Of a stretch of 64,000 nt of DNA, positions 62,141 through 64,000 are shown piece after piece. Within the stretch, counting starts at the first letter, position 1; every line of letters begins with the position of its first letter. Made by a program: the position numbers and the translations under genes. Origin of the DNA: an uncultured Kingella sp. (GTDB taxonomy: Bacteria; Pseudomonadota; Gammaproteobacteria; Burkholderiales; Neisseriaceae); contig CAUSAW010000001.1 of NCBI GenBank assembly GCA_963529725.1, forward strand, positions 7,339-71,338, given 5' to 3'. A model generated the notes under the pieces. It saw only the letters and a list, made by a program, of their open reading frames with translations, made no database searches and was not told the origin of the DNA.

Positions 62141-62380
62141 TTAATTGATCAGCTGATATTGCAGCAATTTCTTGCGCAGCGTATTGCGGTTCAATCCCAG
62201 CATTTCAGCTGCTTTGGATTGATTGCCGCCGCATTCGTTCATCACATACGCCAACAGCGGTTTTTCCACTTGCGCCAGCACCATGTCGTACACGCCGCAA
62301 GGGGTTTCGCCGTTTAGGTCGCGGAAATATTGGGCGAGATTTTGCTGGATGCAGTCGGTAATATCAGGAGCGGTTGGCAT
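62141..62380 (-). CDS. fis: Fis family DNA-binding protein
   Basis: VEKPLL, GNQSKAAEMLGLNRNTLRKKL. Confidence 0.92.
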   Translation of the reverse strand: MPTAPDITDCIQQNLAQYFRDLNGETPCGVYDMVLAQVEKPLLAYVMNECGGNQSKAAEMLGLNRNTLRKKLLQYQLIN

Positions 62381-62498
62381 GATGTGAATTCGGGTTAAGA
62401 TTTGGAGGCGTATTGTAAACGATTTTTGCGCGTTATTGCGTTTCAGGCTGCCGTTAGCAGGTTTGCCAATGCGGATGCGGATGCAGCCTGAAAAACGC

Positions 62499-62852
62499 CT
62501 ATTCTTCTGCGCTGGCGCTGGGCTTGGTAAGCTCTTCCAACGCTTCTTGCGCCAAATGCGCTACGGCTGGATTGCTGGTTTGCGCGGCGGCTTTGCGATA
62601 CCACTCGGCGGCTTTGATGGAGCTGGGAATTACGCCTTCACCATCGTGATACATCGTGCCGAGAATGTATTGCGCTTCGGGATAACCTTGCTCGGCAAGC
62701 GGTTTTATTTTGGCAAGTGCAGCATCGGCGCGCCCTTCTTGCAAATCGGTGCTGGCTTGGCTCATGATTTGGCTGTATTGCGGATTTTCCGCAGGCTCGG
62801 CATACACAAATGCGGCAGACAAAGCCAGCGCGATAAAGAGAGATTTTTTCAT
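62499..62852 (-). CDS. Secreted Sel1-repeat protein
   Basis: Signal peptide; AEQGYPEAQYILGTMYHDGEGV...AAEWYRKAAAQ. Confidence 0.88.
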   Translation of the reverse strand: MKKSLFIALALSAAFVYAEPAENPQYSQIMSQASTDLQEGRADAALAKIKPLAEQGYPEAQYILGTMYHDGEGVIPSSIKAAEWYRKAAAQTSNPAVAHLAQEALEELTKPSASAEE

Positions 62853-63040
62853 GCGAATTCCGTTTTCTGGATAACAAAAGGTTTCTGGATAACAAAAGGA
62901 TTTTCAGGCTGCCTTAGCTGGCAAAACAACGCGCCAATAGCAATAACAACGGCAGCCTGAAAACACCCCCATCGGCACAAACAAAACAGTCTGGTATTGC
63001 ACCCAACTGTTTTCGTTTTCAGGCTGCCTATTACCGCAGA

Positions 63041-63859
63041 CTACTTCCAATAACGCCACCACGGCATATCATCGGGCTTCCATTCTTTTTGCAAATACGG
63101 GCTTTGTGGGAAGTTTTGCCGCAACACGCGCGCGCTGTCGTCCGCCGCTTGGGCGTTGCCCATTTTGCCGTAGGTGTACACCATAATCGCCAGCGCTTCT
63201 TCCACAAAACGCGTGTTTTGGAACTGCTTAATCACTTCTTGCGCGCGGTTGTTGGCAGCTAAATAAGCGCCGCGCTTAGCGTAATATTTGGCGATGGCGA
63301 TTTGATGCCCGCCCAACGCATCCACCAATTGCGCCATGCGTTTGCGCGCGTCTTCCGCGTATTTGCTATCGGGATAGCGCGTAACCAATTGATTAAACAC
63401 GCCATAAGCGCGGCGGTTGGCTTGCGGGTCGCGGTCCGACCAATCTTGCGATGCCAGTTTGCGCAAAAACGATTGGTCTTCATCAAACAGCACCAGCCCA
63501 CGCAGATACAAGGCGTAATCCATATCAATGCTGGCAGGATAATTGTTTTCAAAACGCGATAATGCCGCCAGCGCTTTGGCAGGCTCTTCGTTTTTGTAAT
63601 GCGCATAAGCCGAATCCAGCAGCGATTGCTCGGTGTATCGCCCTGGGGCTTGGCGCGCGCGCAGCAGCTCATAGAGCTTGTTGGCGCGGTCGTAGTTTTT
63701 TGCGTTGAGCTCGGAGCGCGCTTCGTTGTAAAGCTGATCGTTTGACCAGTTTTGCGCGGTGATGGCATCACGATCCAGCTTAATCTTTTTCTCTTTATTT
63801 TTAGACGCGCAGCCCGTTAAGGCAACGGCTATGGCGATGAGTAGCAAAGATTTTTTCAT
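63041..63859 (-). CDS. bamD: Outer membrane assembly lipoprotein BamD (ComL)
   Basis: LTGC lipobox, TPR repeats, SDRDP, YPDSKYA, GAYLAANNR. Confidence 0.95.
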   Translation of the reverse strand: MKKSLLLIAIAVALTGCASKNKEKKIKLDRDAITAQNWSNDQLYNEARSELNAKNYDRANKLYELLRARQAPGRYTEQSLLDSAYAHYKNEEPAKALAALSRFENNYPASIDMDYALYLRGLVLFDEDQSFLRKLASQDWSDRDPQANRRAYGVFNQLVTRYPDSKYAEDARKRMAQLVDALGGHQIAIAKYYAKRGAYLAANNRAQEVIKQFQNTRFVEEALAIMVYTYGKMGNAQAADDSARVLRQNFPQSPYLQKEWKPDDMPWWRYWK

Positions 63860-63890
63860 AAAGATTATTCATCCTTGTTAATAAAAATTT

Positions 63891-64000
63891 TCAGGCTGCC
63901 GTATCTTCGGCATTATCGCGCGGGCGCAGCTTAATCATGCGACAAACCACTAATCCGCTCTCATACAGCAAAATCATGGGAATCGCCAACATAATTTGCG
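63891..64000 (-). CDS. tatC: Twin-arginine translocase TatC, C-terminal fragment (runs off the window)
   Basis: Minus strand reads QIMLAIPMILLYESGLVVCRMIKLRPRDNAEDTAA*, matching the last TM helix of TatC. Confidence 0.8.
   Translation of the reverse strand, partial: QIMLAIPMILLYESGLVVCRMIKLRPRDNAEDTAA

Overview
The window is chromosomal DNA from a Neisseriaceae bacterium, most likely a Kingella oralis-like species, because the DNA-uptake sequence AGGCAGCCTGAA (the 'kingDUS' dialect) is extremely dense on both strands. Most of it is housekeeping: ilvIH, mscS, ldcA, tsaP/def/fmt/rsmB/ntrYX, bamC-dapA, bfrAB, nrdDG, dapC, fpr, lpdA, cysE, rdgC, dcd, recR, rnc, ychF, gluP, purM, recD, mscL, brnQ, tsaE-amiC, lptM-lysA, kef, fbpABC, trpG, pgeF, purH, fis, bamD and the 3' end of tatC. 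I see no rRNA, tRNA, CRISPR array, prophage or transposase gene. The unusual material lies between the core genes. (1) Several DUS-bounded one- or two-gene inserts: an orphan VbhA-like antitoxin, a cytoplasmic LRR protein, an immunity-like protein, a NERD nuclease with an unannotated 39-aa lipoprotein, and a decaying tandem membrane-protein pair. (2) Several small non-coding elements: a DUS-bounded 130-bp element inserted in frame into a signal peptide with a 5-bp flanking duplication, REPIN-like GGAGC hairpin doublets with compensatory stems, an IS5/IS1106-like MITE, and degenerate DUS tandem arrays. (3) A DnaA-box cluster, a well-spaced FNR class II promoter for an ATP-cone-less nrdD, and an fbpABC operon carrying foreign DUS dialects. 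All calls come from reading the sequence and from recalled family knowledge; no searches were run.
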